Positions 38,801-51,372 of a stretch of 64,000 bases of DNA are shown piece by piece; within the stretch, counting starts at the first letter, position 1; every line of letters begins with the position of its first letter. The position numbers and the translations under genes are program-made. The notes beneath the pieces were generated by a model. The model made no database searches. It saw only the letters and a list, made by a program, of their open reading frames with translations, and was not told the origin of the DNA. The stretch is from Lytechinus pictus (taxonomy: Eukaryota): positions 49,538,001 to 49,602,000 of the forward strand of contig NC_087246.1 of the NCBI RefSeq assembly GCF_037042905.1. Reading direction: 5' to 3'.

Positions 38801-41800
38801 TCAAATAGTGTTAAATATTTGAGAATGTCTAATGTAGCAGGACCAGGGCCATGAAACGGTTTTGGAAGGGGAGGGGAGGGGGGGGGGGGCTGACCATAAA
38901 AAAATCACAATCATATGGTAATTTTTGTTTTTTGTACGCTGTTTTGAAGAAAAAAAATGGGGGGGGGTTGAATCCACCCCCCCCCCATCTCTCTAATAAA
39001 GAATATAAACATGACAAAGTCTTAGCCTAAGGTTTGTGAAATCCAACAAGTTACATGGATATTTGAATTCGATCCATATCCAAAATGCTACCTTATTCTT
39101 GGATCATGTTATCTAAACTTGAAAAAAAAACTTTCTTTTTGGCAGGATGTAGCTGAAAGTGTGCATACTTTGCAGGCTGTGGTGAATGAGATTCGAGATA
39201 AGGCAACAAGACAGAGGTTGAGTGTACTTCCCTATGATATCAAGTTCAGGGAACCCTCTTCAGAATGCATACAGATAGGTAATTATGTTTTTTTTTATAA
39301 ATATTTCTTTCGATGTCCTTTGAAAGCAACAGGAGTAAAGTTCTTCATTATTTTTCAGCTATTACTGATAGAGTTGAGGAAGGAATAGTTCAGTTTTGTT
39401 TAATTGTCAAAGACAAACATGAAATTTCTTGGTTTTGATATCAAGGCAAAATTCTAACAAATTTTTTAAAATGATTAATGTTTAGCTGAGGTATAATAAT
39501 GTATTAGTTAGTTGACTAAAAGTTGCATATATTTCTTGTACTGAGGAATAACGAAGAGCAAATGTATCTTATTCCAAACCATAAGATTGTTTTGAGTGGT
39601 CTGTTACACAATCAAGTATAATTTCAATCACTATATGCTATATGAGTAATTCTTGATATCATTGTTGGGTTGATTTTACAAATTATTTTGTTTCCCTGGG
39701 GCTGTTCCATAAAGATGTTTGTAAGTTACGTAGGACATAACTGAGTTTGCCCTGGACAGATGACCTTTGTGCTAAATGGCGCTTTAAATTTTCCCTATTT
39801 TAACATATTGGGAGTGCACTCTCTATGATTCTAATCAAATCTTAAAAAATAACAAACTGTGCATTCAAGTGCCTGTGGACAAGGATTCTAATCAAAAAAG
39901 ATTGATTCGATTTCAACAGGAGCTGATTGGAATACACAGTCTGCAGACACAGACTCTGATTGAAAATTTGATCAACAGTTGGGTCCTCACACTTGCACAT
40001 ATAAAACTTCTATTTCAGTCCTGAGCGTGAGGAAATTCAGTTCACAAGGCATTATAGGCTGCACATTCAGACCCCTCAATTTGAGTGAATTATTGAGAAT
40101 TTGAATCTGCACAAGAAAGATTTGCAGTACTGTATATGGTCATTTTCTCTGTCTCATTTTGAGCTTTTAAACTCTTTTAACTGACAAAAATATGGAAGAA
40201 AAACATTGTCCGTTTGAATATCCACTGAAAGTTCATTCAGGGCAGTGAGATTATTTCTTATCAATTTCAAGCCATAATACCTCAGATATAATATTGAGCA
40301 TAGTTGCCCTTTTGACTTTGCAGTGTCAGACTTTGCAAGAAAAACAGGAGATTACCAGAGTCTGTCTGCAGTAGATATCCGAGTGATTGCATTGGCTTAT
40401 CAACTGACCAAGGAAATCGTTGGAACTGATGGTCTTAAGAAACAACCTGAAACAAAGGTATTTCAAGCACATTGCAACTTCTTTTTATTTGTTGACAACT
40501 TTCTGTGTTGGACCTATGCAATATTCCTAAATATGTGATACTAAGGATGCAAAAACACGAGTGTTCCTTGGATGTACATGCTTAGTGTTGCTTGTTTCTT
40601 CATAAAGATTATACTATTTTACATTGGAGTTGATGTTGTTGAAAGTAATGTAAAGTTTGTAAAGTATATTCATATACTTATTTTTACATACTTAAAAGCC
40701 TATGCCATTGACGAAATTGCAACAAAGCAATATACAACAGTATAGCAGTTTAACAGTATAAAAACGGCAGAGACAGAGAGAGAAAGAAAAAAAATCATTT
40801 TATGTAATGTTTGGGCAGCATTAAAGGTCAAAGACCTATCCCAGGTTTCTCCCTAGCACTATAGTCCTATAAAATTATTGTAAAAAAAGTAAAAGGGCAC
40901 AGGCTTACATGTGGGGGGGGGGGAGTGGGAAGAGAAAGTAGATAACCTCTCCTTTAGCTTCCAGTATTAAAGACACAAAAGAATTGGGGGGGGGAATGTA
41001 TTGCATTACAAAACACCCCTACATCAATTGCTACAGGCCTGGCCCCACTGGCCAATGGACACAAAACGTACTCGTAACGGATACAGCGGACAAGCAAAAT
41101 TTTGGGGTGGCTCCATCCGTTTTCATCCATTCCAGACAATGGGCGAACAATGAAATGACAGTGGACGGATGCTCAATGGATATAGAGCACATGAAACATA
41201 CATGCAAAGAGTCCACAACGGATACATAACGTTTTCCAACGGATGGCAAGATTCTTGTCCGTTTTAAATCCTCTCTGCATCCTTATTAAAGTTCAGTGGG
41301 ACCAAGCCTTAAAGGACAATGTTACTAGACAGCTGAGCAATATAATCTGTATTTGCATATTTGTATCCTTCTCTAGATAACATATTCAGCAAGTAAAAAG
41401 CCTATTCAGAATGCAAAGGATATTGCAGGCTTCTATTACCCAACCAGTAAGGTAAGAGCCATTTCTTTTGTTGAAGATAACTTTAAAGAGTGCATGATCC
41501 TTGATAGAAATTCTGGTGTAATAACTTTTACAGTTTACACATATTTAATAATTAGATTTGGGGGATTTTGGTATGAATCTGCATGTCAACATTTGTGAGT
41601 TGATGATAGAATGAAAGTTGTTTGTGTGATAAATATGTTTGTATGATGCCACTTGATTTCCCTTTAAATGTTACTATTCTAATAACTTCTAATAATGTCA
41701 TGTTATTGAAGCCATCATACCCACTGGTGGAATTTCCCAAGCAGCAACATGAGCAATATTTTTAGCAAATTTTTGGCATTCCAACAACTTTTCATGGACA

Positions 41801-44800
41801 TGAGGTTCATGTTTGCATTGAATTAGCATGTCCAAGCGAATCAATTATGGGCCAATGTGATGTCTGCAACATAATTATAATAATGGTGTGAATTTATATA
41901 ATGCACAATGACCAAGGCCCCGTAACACAAATGTTAACGATTAATCAAAATTTCCTATCAAGATCATCCTTGGATGCGCACTTTGCTCAGTAGACTGACT
42001 AGGAACCAATCAGAATTGTTCTTGCCAAATAGCGATTAATTGCTAGCCTTTGTGTTATTGGCCAGGGTGGCAAATGATCTTACTTTTCTCTATCGGTACG
42101 TACTCTCCTCTCTTTAGAATGGACCCAGAGATTCCAACCTCCAAGAAGATGATGACGGGACCCCTGGAACTCCAGAGGACAACTCGACGGCGGGCGACGT
42201 CAAGCTTGAGCTCAGCGATATCAGCAGCAAAGATGAGGAGGGTGTGGATAAGATGGAAGAAGGGGAGGGAGAGGAAGATGAGAGGACTTGTGATGAAGTG
42301 ACGGAGGAGGATAGGGAAGCAGGAAAAGACTTTGACAATGAAGGAGGACAAAGGGAAGGTGAAGATAACCAAGAAGAAGAAACTAAAATGGAGAACATGA
42401 TGGATTTAAGAACAGACCAATGCAAGGATGAGGATATCACAGAACCAAGTATAGACCAGAAAACCCCAATTGACGAGGCAAAAGATGCCAACATTGGTGA
42501 TCTGAACATTGATGAGGATGATGGGGAGGTCATCGAAGAGGATGACATAGAAGAGGAGGATGAGGACGATGATGAAATGGGATGGATTACACCTCAGAAC
42601 ATCTCTCAGGTCAGAGAGCAGATGGGAGGAAGTGGAGAGACGAGCTTAGAAGGTATCAGAGTTGGCTGTATGACCACTGACTTTGCTATGCAGGTAGGTC
42701 AATAATACAATATCAGCTTCTATTTCATGACTGCTTTTGCTGTTCAAATTTCTTATCATGATTTTGAGTGTCTAGGGCAAAAGCTAATTTGTTTGTGCTG
42801 AAATTGTGTTTTAATCAGGGCTCTGTAACACTCAGGTAGCGATTAATCGCCAAATGAATTGGCCTATCAAGATCATCGTTGCATGCACATTTTGCTGAGT
42901 AGACTGACTAGGAACCAATCAGAATTGTTCTTTCAATTTAGCGATTAATCAATAATCTTTCAGTTATGGTGCCTAGATCGGATAGAATGCACTGGGTGTG
43001 TACAGTAGATGGGCTCATCATTTGGAACTCGTAAATTAATATAGCTATCACATGTACAAATAACAGAACAATTAAGTAGGTCATAACAGTGGATACCTTC
43101 AACCTTGGCTATTTTTTTTTTTATATTCAGACTTGTTGATTTATGCAAGGTTAACTTTGTGTTGTAAAGTACCATTAATCTACCCTTCATTTCTTTTACA
43201 GAATGTTCTTATTCAGATTGGTATTCCTGTCATCTCAGTCAATGGTATGCTCATCAAACATGCCAAGAGCTTTGTTCTACGATGTCACGACTGCTTCAAG
43301 TAAGTGTTCAGTGTGTGGAACCTATATCTGCTCCTGAGACAATGCCCTGCCTCTTCCATGGGAGTAATTTTAGCAACATTTCATAGGATCCTCTTAGTCA
43401 CATTACCATGTTGTTATTGGAGGTGGCAATGCATGATGAATGGAACTTCCAGCATCCTTATAGATATTTAAAGGTGTAATTGTGAACGATTTTCAAAGTT
43501 GAAAGCTGTATTTATGCTCTTTATTAGCCAAATATTCGCCGAATATTCATGGTAGACCAATGCTTGTTTTTGTCGGCATTCTTTGAATGAATATGTGAAA
43601 TGCATGTATTAATGATTTCAAAAAGTGTATCCCGATATGCATTCTCCTGTATAGGGCAAATATCCATGCTCGACAAAATATTGCCTTTGTTTTCAATTTA
43701 AATCTGCCTATTGGATGTAAATCATAAATCATAAGAATAACTTGAACCACTGCAATTCCTTTCAGTGAAATGATAATGGTAATATTCACAGTGTTCACAT
43801 TCATAGTGTTAACATTCATAGTGATAACACTTGTCAGTTAGTTTGTTACTTAATGATTAATGAACTGAAATGGTTTTGATCATGCTTTCCTATCCCGTCA
43901 GGCAGACATACAGCAACTTGGGCAGCGGTGTATTACTGAATGACATCATTGAAGAGATTGTAATCAAATGCAGGTAGATTTAAAATTTTGATATGACCTT
44001 TGACATTTGACCTTTTGTTTTTTCCTGGTTTCAGAGTGACCCATGACATGGGGAAGGTCTTCTGTCCCAAGTGCGGTAATAAGAGTCTGGATAAGGTTAC
44101 CATGACAATAGACGAGGATGGCACTCGGCGGTATCACATGTCACGAAGGAGACCGGTCAACACCAGAGGCCTGAGGGTATGATATCTTTGTTTCTAAAAT
44201 ATTGATAATAAAATATTGACAATAAAAATAAAAGTATTTGATTCACAGAATTTTCAGATGAGTGGTTGAATTGTAGGAATTTTTCCTATCATAGTAGGAT
44301 CTATAATAAAGTGGGAAGTCAGTTCTTATGAATAATGGTAAAAATCATGGTTGTGGATTCAAGTAAATGTAACATAAGTAGTGCTACCTATGTATATTAA
44401 TGTTATGACATTGGGAGAGTTTATGTTAACATTTTCAAAGAATGTGTTTACAGGGCTCAGCACTTGCAGTAAACCCCCAGGTGGGCGAGGCTTTTTTTAT
44501 TTGCCTTCGAACCACTATCTATAATGGGGAAATGTGATGGTGAGTTGGGTACCCCAGACAACTGCCTTGTCATGTTTTGCTTTAGTAAGGGCAGACGTGG
44601 CTTCTGTTTTCGGTGGGAGATGGAAGATAATGTATCAATCTTCCCCAGTTTCTTATGCTCATCAAGTGTGGTGTGTAGGGAGTATTGTAACTTAACTGTG
44701 AACATAATATTGTAGATGGGGAGAATTCATTTGAGTTTCTGTGTACAATCTTTCCACAATCTGCGGAGAAACTTAGTTAACGCTATAAGATTCTCTGCTA

Positions 44801-45424
44801 AAAACGATCATGTCGCAGTGCTGCCTAATGTCATAACAATGCGTTATCTACATCTTGGATCAACGTTTAACATCGGAATCCGGAAGATGTGACTCGTCTT
44901 ACTGCTAGTGCTCTGTTGGGTCAACAACATCTCTTTGCAGATGTTACTGAAGTCTTATCTTTTCTAACAGTATTAGTTATTGGCACTTTGACACTCATCC
45001 AAACTTCTCATTCTTTCTTTTCTTGTGCACCTCGGAATAGAATATTTCTAGATAGATGGCGCTATATAAATGCCTATTATTATTATTATTACTGATTGTT
45101 CAATTTTTACATCTGTAATTATATATTTCCTTTTGACCTTTGACACAGTATGCCCTCCCTAAACCTCAAGGCGGCAAGCATGCATCCAACCCAGTCCTGT
45201 ACCCAGACCAGAGAATACCTCAGAACAGAGACGCAAGGAGGGGCCAGAAGAAGACCAACGTCTTTGATCCGGACTTCGACGCCATGAGCTCCCCGTTTGC
45301 AACGCATGACGTGACCAGCCGGTCGGCTCAGGTCGGGGTACGGCAGATCAGAGGTCAAGGGACAGGGGGTCGGAGGAACCCCAATGAGAACAGAAGACAG
45401 AGCAAGAAGGGAAAGAGAAGATGA
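29807..45424 (+). CDS. NOB1: RNA-binding protein NOB1 (PIN endonuclease for 18S rRNA 3' maturation), 500 aa; join(29807..29875,39146..39278,40324..40457,41377..41451,42118..42693,43202..43299,44035..44176,45149..45424)
   Basis: All introns are GT-AG and exons sum to 1503 nt. Motifs: EHVVVDAVAFF, VVNEIRDKATRQRL, FARKTGDYQSLSAVDIRVIALAY, GWITPQNI, CMTTDFAMQNVLIQ, Zn ribbon CHDC..FCPKCGN, YALPKPQGGKH. Confidence 0.96.
30203..30650. mobile_element. Unclassified structured element bounded by 15-bp direct repeats TCTAGAGTAAGACTA
   Basis: Direct repeats at 30203-30217 and 30636-30650. Long hairpins lie just inside each end. Confidence 0.5.
31653..34260. mobile_element. Non-autonomous hAT-like element carrying a satellite array
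   Basis: Exact 8-bp TSD TTCTTGGT (31645-31652, 34261-34268). TIRs taagcttgtaa / ttacaacatta. Subterminal ccgat/atcgg repeats. Confidence 0.75.
31921..33719. repeat. 110-bp tandem satellite, 16 full units plus a partial, with A/B higher-order structure
   Basis: Unit ctcgtggtgatagcgga...tattttcaac recurs at 31921, 32031, 32141 ... 32801 (with a 7-bp insertion), 32918 ... 33688. Confidence 0.95.
39146..39278 (+). CDS. NOB1: NOB1 exon 2
   Basis: gcag|DVAESVHTLQAVVNEIRDKATRQRLSVLPYDIKFREPSSECIQI|gtaatt. Confidence 0.95.
40324..40457 (+). CDS. NOB1: NOB1 exon 3
   Basis: gcag|(V)SDFARKTGDYQSLSAVDIRVIALAYQLTKEIVGTDGLKKQPETK|gtattt. Confidence 0.95.
41377..41451 (+). CDS. NOB1: NOB1 exon 4
   Basis: ctag|ITYSASKKPIQNAKDIAGFYYPTSK|gtaaga. 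Confidence 0.9.
42118..42693 (+). CDS. NOB1: NOB1 exon 5 (acidic insertion, then GWITP and TTDFAMQ)
   Basis: ttag|NGPRDS...DDDEMGWITPQNI...CMTTDFAMQ|gtaggt. Confidence 0.92.
43202..43299 (+). CDS. NOB1: NOB1 exon 6
   Basis: acag|NVLIQIGIPVISVNGMLIKHAKSFVLRCHDCF(K)|gtaagt. Confidence 0.95.
44035..44176 (+). CDS. NOB1: NOB1 exon 7
   Basis: tcag|VTHDMGKVFCPKCGNKSLDKV...NTRGLR|gtatga. Confidence 0.95.
45149..45424 (+). CDS. NOB1: NOB1 exon 8 (last coding exon)
   Basis: acag|YALPKPQGGKHASNP...SPFATHDVTSRSAQVG...RRNPNENRRQSKKGKRR*. Confidence 0.95.
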   Translation, partial: YALPKPQGGKHASNPVLYPDQRIPQNRDARRGQKKTNVFDPDFDAMSSPFATHDVTSRSAQVGVRQIRGQGTGGRRNPNENRRQSKKGKRR

Positions 45425-45597
45425 AGTGATGTTTTGGAATGATCAGTGCCGTGTAACACGAAGCTTAGCGATATCGTCAAACGATCGATTCCATGGTTGA
45501 GTGCATCGATCAATAAGAACTATCAATTGTAATGGGACATTGCAAGACACTTGCGATCAATTGCAAGTCTATTTCAGGTCCCTAAATCATGCATATG

Positions 45598-46389
45598 TAG
45601 GGACAGTGATTTTCCGTTTAAAAAAATTGCCTTTTCCGTTTCAGAAAATCTCAAATTCCGTTTCAGCATGTCAGAAAACGGAAATTCCGTTTCCCCATAG
45701 ACTTTGTACACACGGAAAAGTGACAATTCCGTTTACACATTGAATAGCATAATCACAACATGTACACTCGCACTGGTCAAAATTTGTATCTGCTACTGTA
45801 CCAACAACACAATAGAATCTGTTCTAATCGGATCTATGCGGGTGCATAAAATGTTTTTACAAACCCATTTAGCATGCATACATCCTCACCTTTCACATTA
45901 TTAGCATTATTTCACGGTGAAATGATATTTCATCGATAATTTTGGGGTTTTTTGGACATCGTTATCATCAGTGAACGGCTTTTGCCAATCCGCCATCTCG
46001 GATTTTAAGACCACGATATCGTGCTGTTACATCTTCAAATGTAGAGGGCAGCAACACACGACCGTGTAGTTGAACGATATGTGTGCATGTGAAGCCCAAC
46101 CCGGCCGGGTACGGTGCGGGGTACAATCGAGTGTGCTGATGTCGAGTGCAGTCACGATGTGTGAATTGTCATGATAGTAGCGAAGTGAGATCGTGTTTTC
46201 TGGGGTTTTGTGGCCATTTAATATTCTCATTTTGTTGTGATTTTGGAGTAATTTCTGTTGCTATTCTGTGTATTTTGAGGGAAAATATGTTTTCCGTGAT
46301 TTTCCGTTTGAAATGCCACTTTCCGTTTTAAAAGGCCCTTTCCGTGAATTCCGTCCGTTTTCCGCGTTCGCGGAAAATCACTGTCCCTA
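45598..46389. mobile_element. TIR element nested in another MITE (about 45534-46773) just downstream of the NOB1 stop
   Basis: TIRs tagggacagtgattttccg / cggaaaatcactgtcccta, flanked by catatg. Host ends are ttgcaagacacttgcgatcaattgcaagtc / gacttgcaattgattacaagtatcatgcaa. Confidence 0.75.
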
Positions 46390-46797
46390 CATATGTCTTG
46401 CAATTAATTACAAATTTGCGATTGATTACTAATCTGCTTTTTGAAACAAGGAGTGTAATCTGATTTGCTACAGTTAAAAGTGAGCAATCAATTGTAAAAT
46501 TGCAATAGTAAATTTGCAATTGATTGCAAATATTTTCAAGCAACACCCCATAAGACATAATTAAGGTGTTGCAAGAAAATATCTGCAATCAATTACAGAT
46601 TTCTGATGCAAATTTGCAATTGATATATCAATTGTAATTAGAGCAAATTGATTTTTACTGCTCAGAAGCAGACCAACAACAAAGTACAAATTTGCAAGTA
46701 ATTGACAGACTTAGGTTGAAGTTTTGACCCCAAATTGGACTTGCAATTGATTACAAGTATCATGCAACACCCCTTTAGCTCTTTATCATAGGTCTGG

Positions 46798-47070
46798 GCC
46801 TCGTCTTACAAAGAGTTGCAATTGATCTGATCAACCACAACTATGGATGGCCTCAACATCAACATCTAATGAAATGTATGTTAGTTCAAAATGTTTTCTA
46901 GATATGATGTACATTCATGAATTCATTGTTTCTTGACAATTTGGTGTGTTCGCCTTTGTTTACAAAAGATGTTTTGCAAATTTCCTGTAGAAAAAAAATT
47001 ATGACACTAATGGATTTCCATAGAGTTACGATTGATTGGATCAAACGTACATCTTTGTAAGATGGGGTCC
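46798..47070. mobile_element. MITE
   Basis: TIRs cctcgtcttacaaagag / ctttgtaagatgggg. Confidence 0.6.
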
Positions 47071-47660
47071 TGGTATTTATTGTTGATTGTGTTGTTCATT
47101 ATTAGCAACCAATCATGCCAAAAGGCTTAAAAATTTATCATAGGATTAATTTCATGGTTGATTGTATTTATGCGATTAGTACAATCAATCGCAAAACAAA
47201 TTTTAGTGATTAATCATAGGACTGACTTATATTGATCATTATACCATCATGTTATACAGTATATCAGTAGTTATTAACAGAGATAAATGGCATAAAGTTA
47301 TTTTAAAAATTTATCAGGGCTCACATGAGGCTCAGTCGCCTTCAGGATACCATCTAAATACCATATAAGTTGGTTCAGTTATTTCAAATGATTGTAAGTG
47401 GTGGGTACAGGAAAGTGTTGTATACAAAAAGTGCACATTTGTGAGTGTGTTGTGGCAATGCAGCACACATGAGGGTATTTACATGCAATATGCAAAAAGC
47501 GCAAACGCTGTAGTTCTTTTGCATAATATTTTGAATGCTGGAGATGCCTGCATCATGAAATAATTATGTATAACAATATTTTGCTTGTATCATTCCTGTA
47601 CCCAACATTAAGCATGAAGACTGCTATGTTCTATCCTTGATCTTAAATCATGAAGCTTAA

Positions 47661-47870
47661 CAGTTGTGCTCAAAAGTTAGTGAACCCAACCACGAAATGC
47701 ACTTCTCCATGCCGAGTGTTGAATGCTACAATGTTCGGCAAGTCCAAAAAAACAAAGTTTATTTGAATGTAACATTTTATCTCCTGACTTCGCAATTAAA
47801 TATCTAAAAAAAGTGTTCAAGAACTTGAACACTGTTCATTTTCTGGTGGGGTTCACTAACTTTTAGCAGT
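47661..47870. mobile_element. Tc1/mariner-like MITE
   Basis: cagttgtgctcaaaagttagtgaaccc / gggttcactaactttt. Confidence 0.55.
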
Positions 47871-48115
47871 TTATCAATTAACCTTTTAAACTTTTGAATT
47901 CAATTTTGGCTCTGAAAAGCTAATGCTTTGAATCAAACTTATGGTGAATCTCCAAATTTTGGTAAAAACTACAATCATGGTTTATATAAAAGTGATGATA
48001 TTGGTAATTCATAGTGGGGTGAATTCTGCCACCTGACCAGACTGAATTCATAGATGGCCCACTGCATGGTACAGAGTACACCCGTATTCAACCAAGATTG
48101 ATTGGGTGATATCAT

Positions 48116-48469
48116 CAGCGTGGCCAGTGAAAAAAATCCAATTATGCCAGAGGAGCAGCGAAATTATGCCAAACCGTTTTGGAAACTAGGATTTTCCACA
48201 GGGGGGGGGCTAAACCGTCCGCCAAAAAAATTTGACGAGCAAAAACAAAAAAAAAAAGGTCTTCAATCTTCAAATACATCAAAATTATGCTAAATATGCT
48301 ATTATTATGCCAGATTCTTTGCTAAAAAAAGTCTAATTATGCCCCAAATTATGCTGAAAGGGTCGAAATTATGCCAGAAAAAAAGTCTAATTATGCCGGC
48401 ATAATGAATTATGCTGAAAGGGTCGAAATTATGCCAAAAAGCATAATTATGCCAGTTCTGGCAACGTTG
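48116..48469. mobile_element. hAT-like MITE with aattatgcc subterminal repeats
   Basis: TIRs cagcgtggccag / ctggcaacgttg. 8-bp TSD gatatcat / ggtatcat (7 of 8 match). Confidence 0.7.
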
Positions 48470-48502
48470 GGTATCATCCATGGAAAGGACTAGGTTCAAA
48501 AC

Positions 48503-49510
48503 ATGTGACCTGCCACCCCAAAACCAACAATAAGTCGCCAGGGAAGGGTCTTTGTAAATAGCCAGAATACGAATTTGGCCTTCAAGAGGTAAGAATTAGA
48601 AAATTACCTTCTCTGAAATACTATCAAAATTTGAAGTTGTAAAGTTAAATATTACAAGACAAGATACAGTAGTTTCTCTAAAACCATTTTTTTCCTGACT
48701 GCTTGTAAATTATTCATTGAGTGTGCACAGCTTGAATGAACCTCAAACTTCAAGTTCAATCCTTGTTTTCTTCGTAATTTTTGAAGCTGTTGCTGAATTT
48801 CTTCTACATTCATTCTAGCTCTTGTGTGAGTTATTTTTAGCTCATCCGGCCCGAAGGGCTAGATGAGCTTATTTATGCTAATTTATGCGAAATTTATTAA
48901 TAAATCACAGAAAATACCTTTTTTTCTTTATTTGTGGACCGATTTTGATTTTTTTTCTCTTCCATCTGGTAGAGCTTCATGAGGTTCACCAAACTTATAC
49001 ACAGAATTTTGAAATTTTTAGTAGAAAGTTTATGCTGATTTATGCTAAATTTATTCATAAATCATAGAAAATGCCTCTTCTTTATTTGTTGACCGATTTC
49101 ATTTTTTTTTCTTCCATCTGGTAGAGCTGCATGAGGTTCACCAAACTTGTACACAGAATTTCGAAATTTTGACTAGAAAATTACTTATGCTAATTTATGC
49201 AAAATCTATTCATAATCACCAAAAAAATGCTTCTTCTCTGTCATTTCTTCATAAATTTCAATTCTGTTTCCTCAATTTATGTCACACCAATATAATTCAC
49301 TACAGTGTCAACTGGGCTGAAATATAAAATTGTGTTAAATTTCTTTGCGAGATGCCGGATGAGCTCCACATCATTGATGTGCTAGTTGATCAATTTTGAT
49401 AAGTTATATATCGGTTCAAAATTTAACATTTGTTTTTTTTTTAAAGCTCAGTGAAAGTTTAAAATTCATTTTGGGCAATGTATTGTTGGTTTTGGGGTGG
49501 CAGGTCACAT
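48503..49510. mobile_element. TIR MITE hosting a Helentron-type insertion
   Basis: TIRs atgtgacctgccaccccaaaaccaacaata / tattgttggtttttggggtggcaggtcacat. Confidence 0.75.
48834..49387 (+). mobile_element. Helentron-associated non-autonomous element (HINE-like)
   Basis: 5' tttttagctcatccggc..gatgagct. 3' subTIR gccggatgagct (49354-49365), palindrome cacatcattgatgtg, terminal ctagtt. Internal tandem duplication of about 160 bp. Confidence 0.7.
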
Positions 49511-49687
49511 ATACAGTTTATTTTCAATATCCTAAATTCATTATAATCATTGGTTTTGAACTCTGTTATTTCTGCTTTATTTTGGATTTTTTTTAATAAA
49601 ATTAAATACCTGTGATGTAAACTAGATTTCACGAATTATGTTTGAATGTGTTGCTATTTACAAATCAATTATTAGATTTGTTTGTGT

Positions 49688-50428
49688 AGAGGTGATGGGA
49701 AGAAGAGATAAGGAGAGGGGGAATAAGGCGATGGGAAGAAGAGAGAGAGGGGGGAGGCGATGGAAAGAAGAGAGAGAGAAATGGGATAAGGCAATTGAAA
49801 GTAGATAGAGGGGGAGGGGGATAAGGCGATGAAAAGAAGAGATAGAGAGAGACGGGGGATAAGCCAATGGAAAAAAAAGGGAGAGGAGGGGGATAAGGCG
49901 ATGGAAAAAAGACAGAGAGAGGGTATAAGGCGATGGAAAGGAGATAGGGTCAGAGGGGATAAGGCAATGGAATGAAGAAAGAGTGTGATAAGGCGAGAGA
50001 AAGGAGATAGAGAGGGGGGATAAGGCGATGGAAAGAAGAGAGAGAGGGGGGATAAGGCGATGGCAAGAAGAGAGAGAGATGGGATAAGGCAATGGAAATT
50101 AGATAGAGGGGGATAAGGCGATGAAAAGACGAGATAGAGACGGGGATAAGCCGATTGAAAGAAGAGAGAGAGGAGGGGGATAAGACGATGGAAAGAAGAG
50201 CTAGAGAGAGGGGGATAAGGCGATGGAAAGAAGAGATAGAGAGGGGGATAAGCCGATTGAAAGAAGAGAGAGAGGAGGGGGATAAGACGATGGAAAGAAG
50301 AGATAGAGAGAGGGGGATAAGGCGATGGGAAAAAAGATAGAGAGAGAAAGAAGGTGACAAGGTGTTGGAAAGAAGAGATGGCGAGAGGGGGATAAGTCGA
50401 TGGAAATAAGAGAGGGAAGGGGTAAGGC
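49688..50428. repeat. Purine-rich minisatellite, ~30-33-bp unit (ggggataaggcgatggaaagaagagagagag)
   Basis: Directly visible. Confidence 0.92.
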
Positions 50429-50471
50429 TTTCATGCAAAACAAATGAATGCAAACGAAAAAAGGGACATTA

Positions 50472-51114
50472 GGTGGTTTCAAACCACCTCGATCACAAGA
50501 ATCCCCGTTAAATTACGAGAACATGTTTAGGCTAAAAAATACCCATTAATTATTCCTGCATTCACACCGCCCCGAAACATACCCTTCGGGATAAATTCCT
50601 GAAGTTAGGAGTATGCGCAGTATGGTCTAATAAGCAGGCAAGGCGCGAGATTCAAAACCACTAGCCCAGCAGCCACCCACGGCGCCCGTGCCCAACGACA
50701 CGCTGGGCTAAAAGTTCCCGTAAATTGCTTTCACATTGCCAAAATACCTGCGACCTTGGAAAAATCCCCGCGAAAGTTCTCGTTATTTCGCCAAGTACCT
50801 ACTATTCAGGGGCCGCGGAACGGTTTTCAAAGTGGGGGGGGGGGGGCTGACCATGCTAAAAATCACAATCATATGGTCATTTGTACGTTTTTGTACACGG
50901 TTTTGGAAAAAAGTGGGGGGGGGGGGGGCTGAAGCCCCCCCAGCCCCCCCCCCCGGTTCCGCGGCCCCTGCTATTTAGCGGGTATTTTCTTTCGGGGAAA
51001 TTTCGCGTAGTTTGCTTTCACATCACCAAAATACCTGGTATTTTCTGATCGGGGTAAATTTCCCGATCAGAGAATACCTGGAACTGACGAACTTCGAGGC
51101 GGTCTGAAACCACC
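50472..51114. mobile_element. TA-flanked TIR element with a nested CAGGGGCCGCGGAAC MITE (50807-50970)
   Basis: ta|ggtggtttcaaaccacctcga ... tcgaggcggtctgaaaccacc|ta. The inner element is flanked by a ctatt duplication, with relatives near 9486, 38408 and 38838. Confidence 0.75.
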
Positions 51115-51372
51115 TATTGAAAATATACCACCGCACAGTGGCATGATATATCTCTCTCGTTCTTTCTCTTCCTTACGTCATCTTTCCCCCTTCTTCAATT
51201 TTCTTTATCACTCTATATTTTTACCCCCTACTACTTTACTCCCACTTCCACCGTTTTCCTATCTTCCCCTCTCGAACTCTTTCCTTTCTATATCTTTATC
51301 CCCTCACACTTTATTCTCACTTCCACCGTTTTCCTATCTCCCCCTCTCTAACTCTTTCCTTTATTTATTTAT

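Noticed and set aside
42050-42548. Alternative-frame and antisense ORFs over NOB1 exon 5
   Set aside because: These are shadows of the acidic GAR/GAY-rich coding sequence.
49658-50482. Repetitive ORFs (SSFHRLIP...)
   Set aside because: These are translations of the GA-rich minisatellite.
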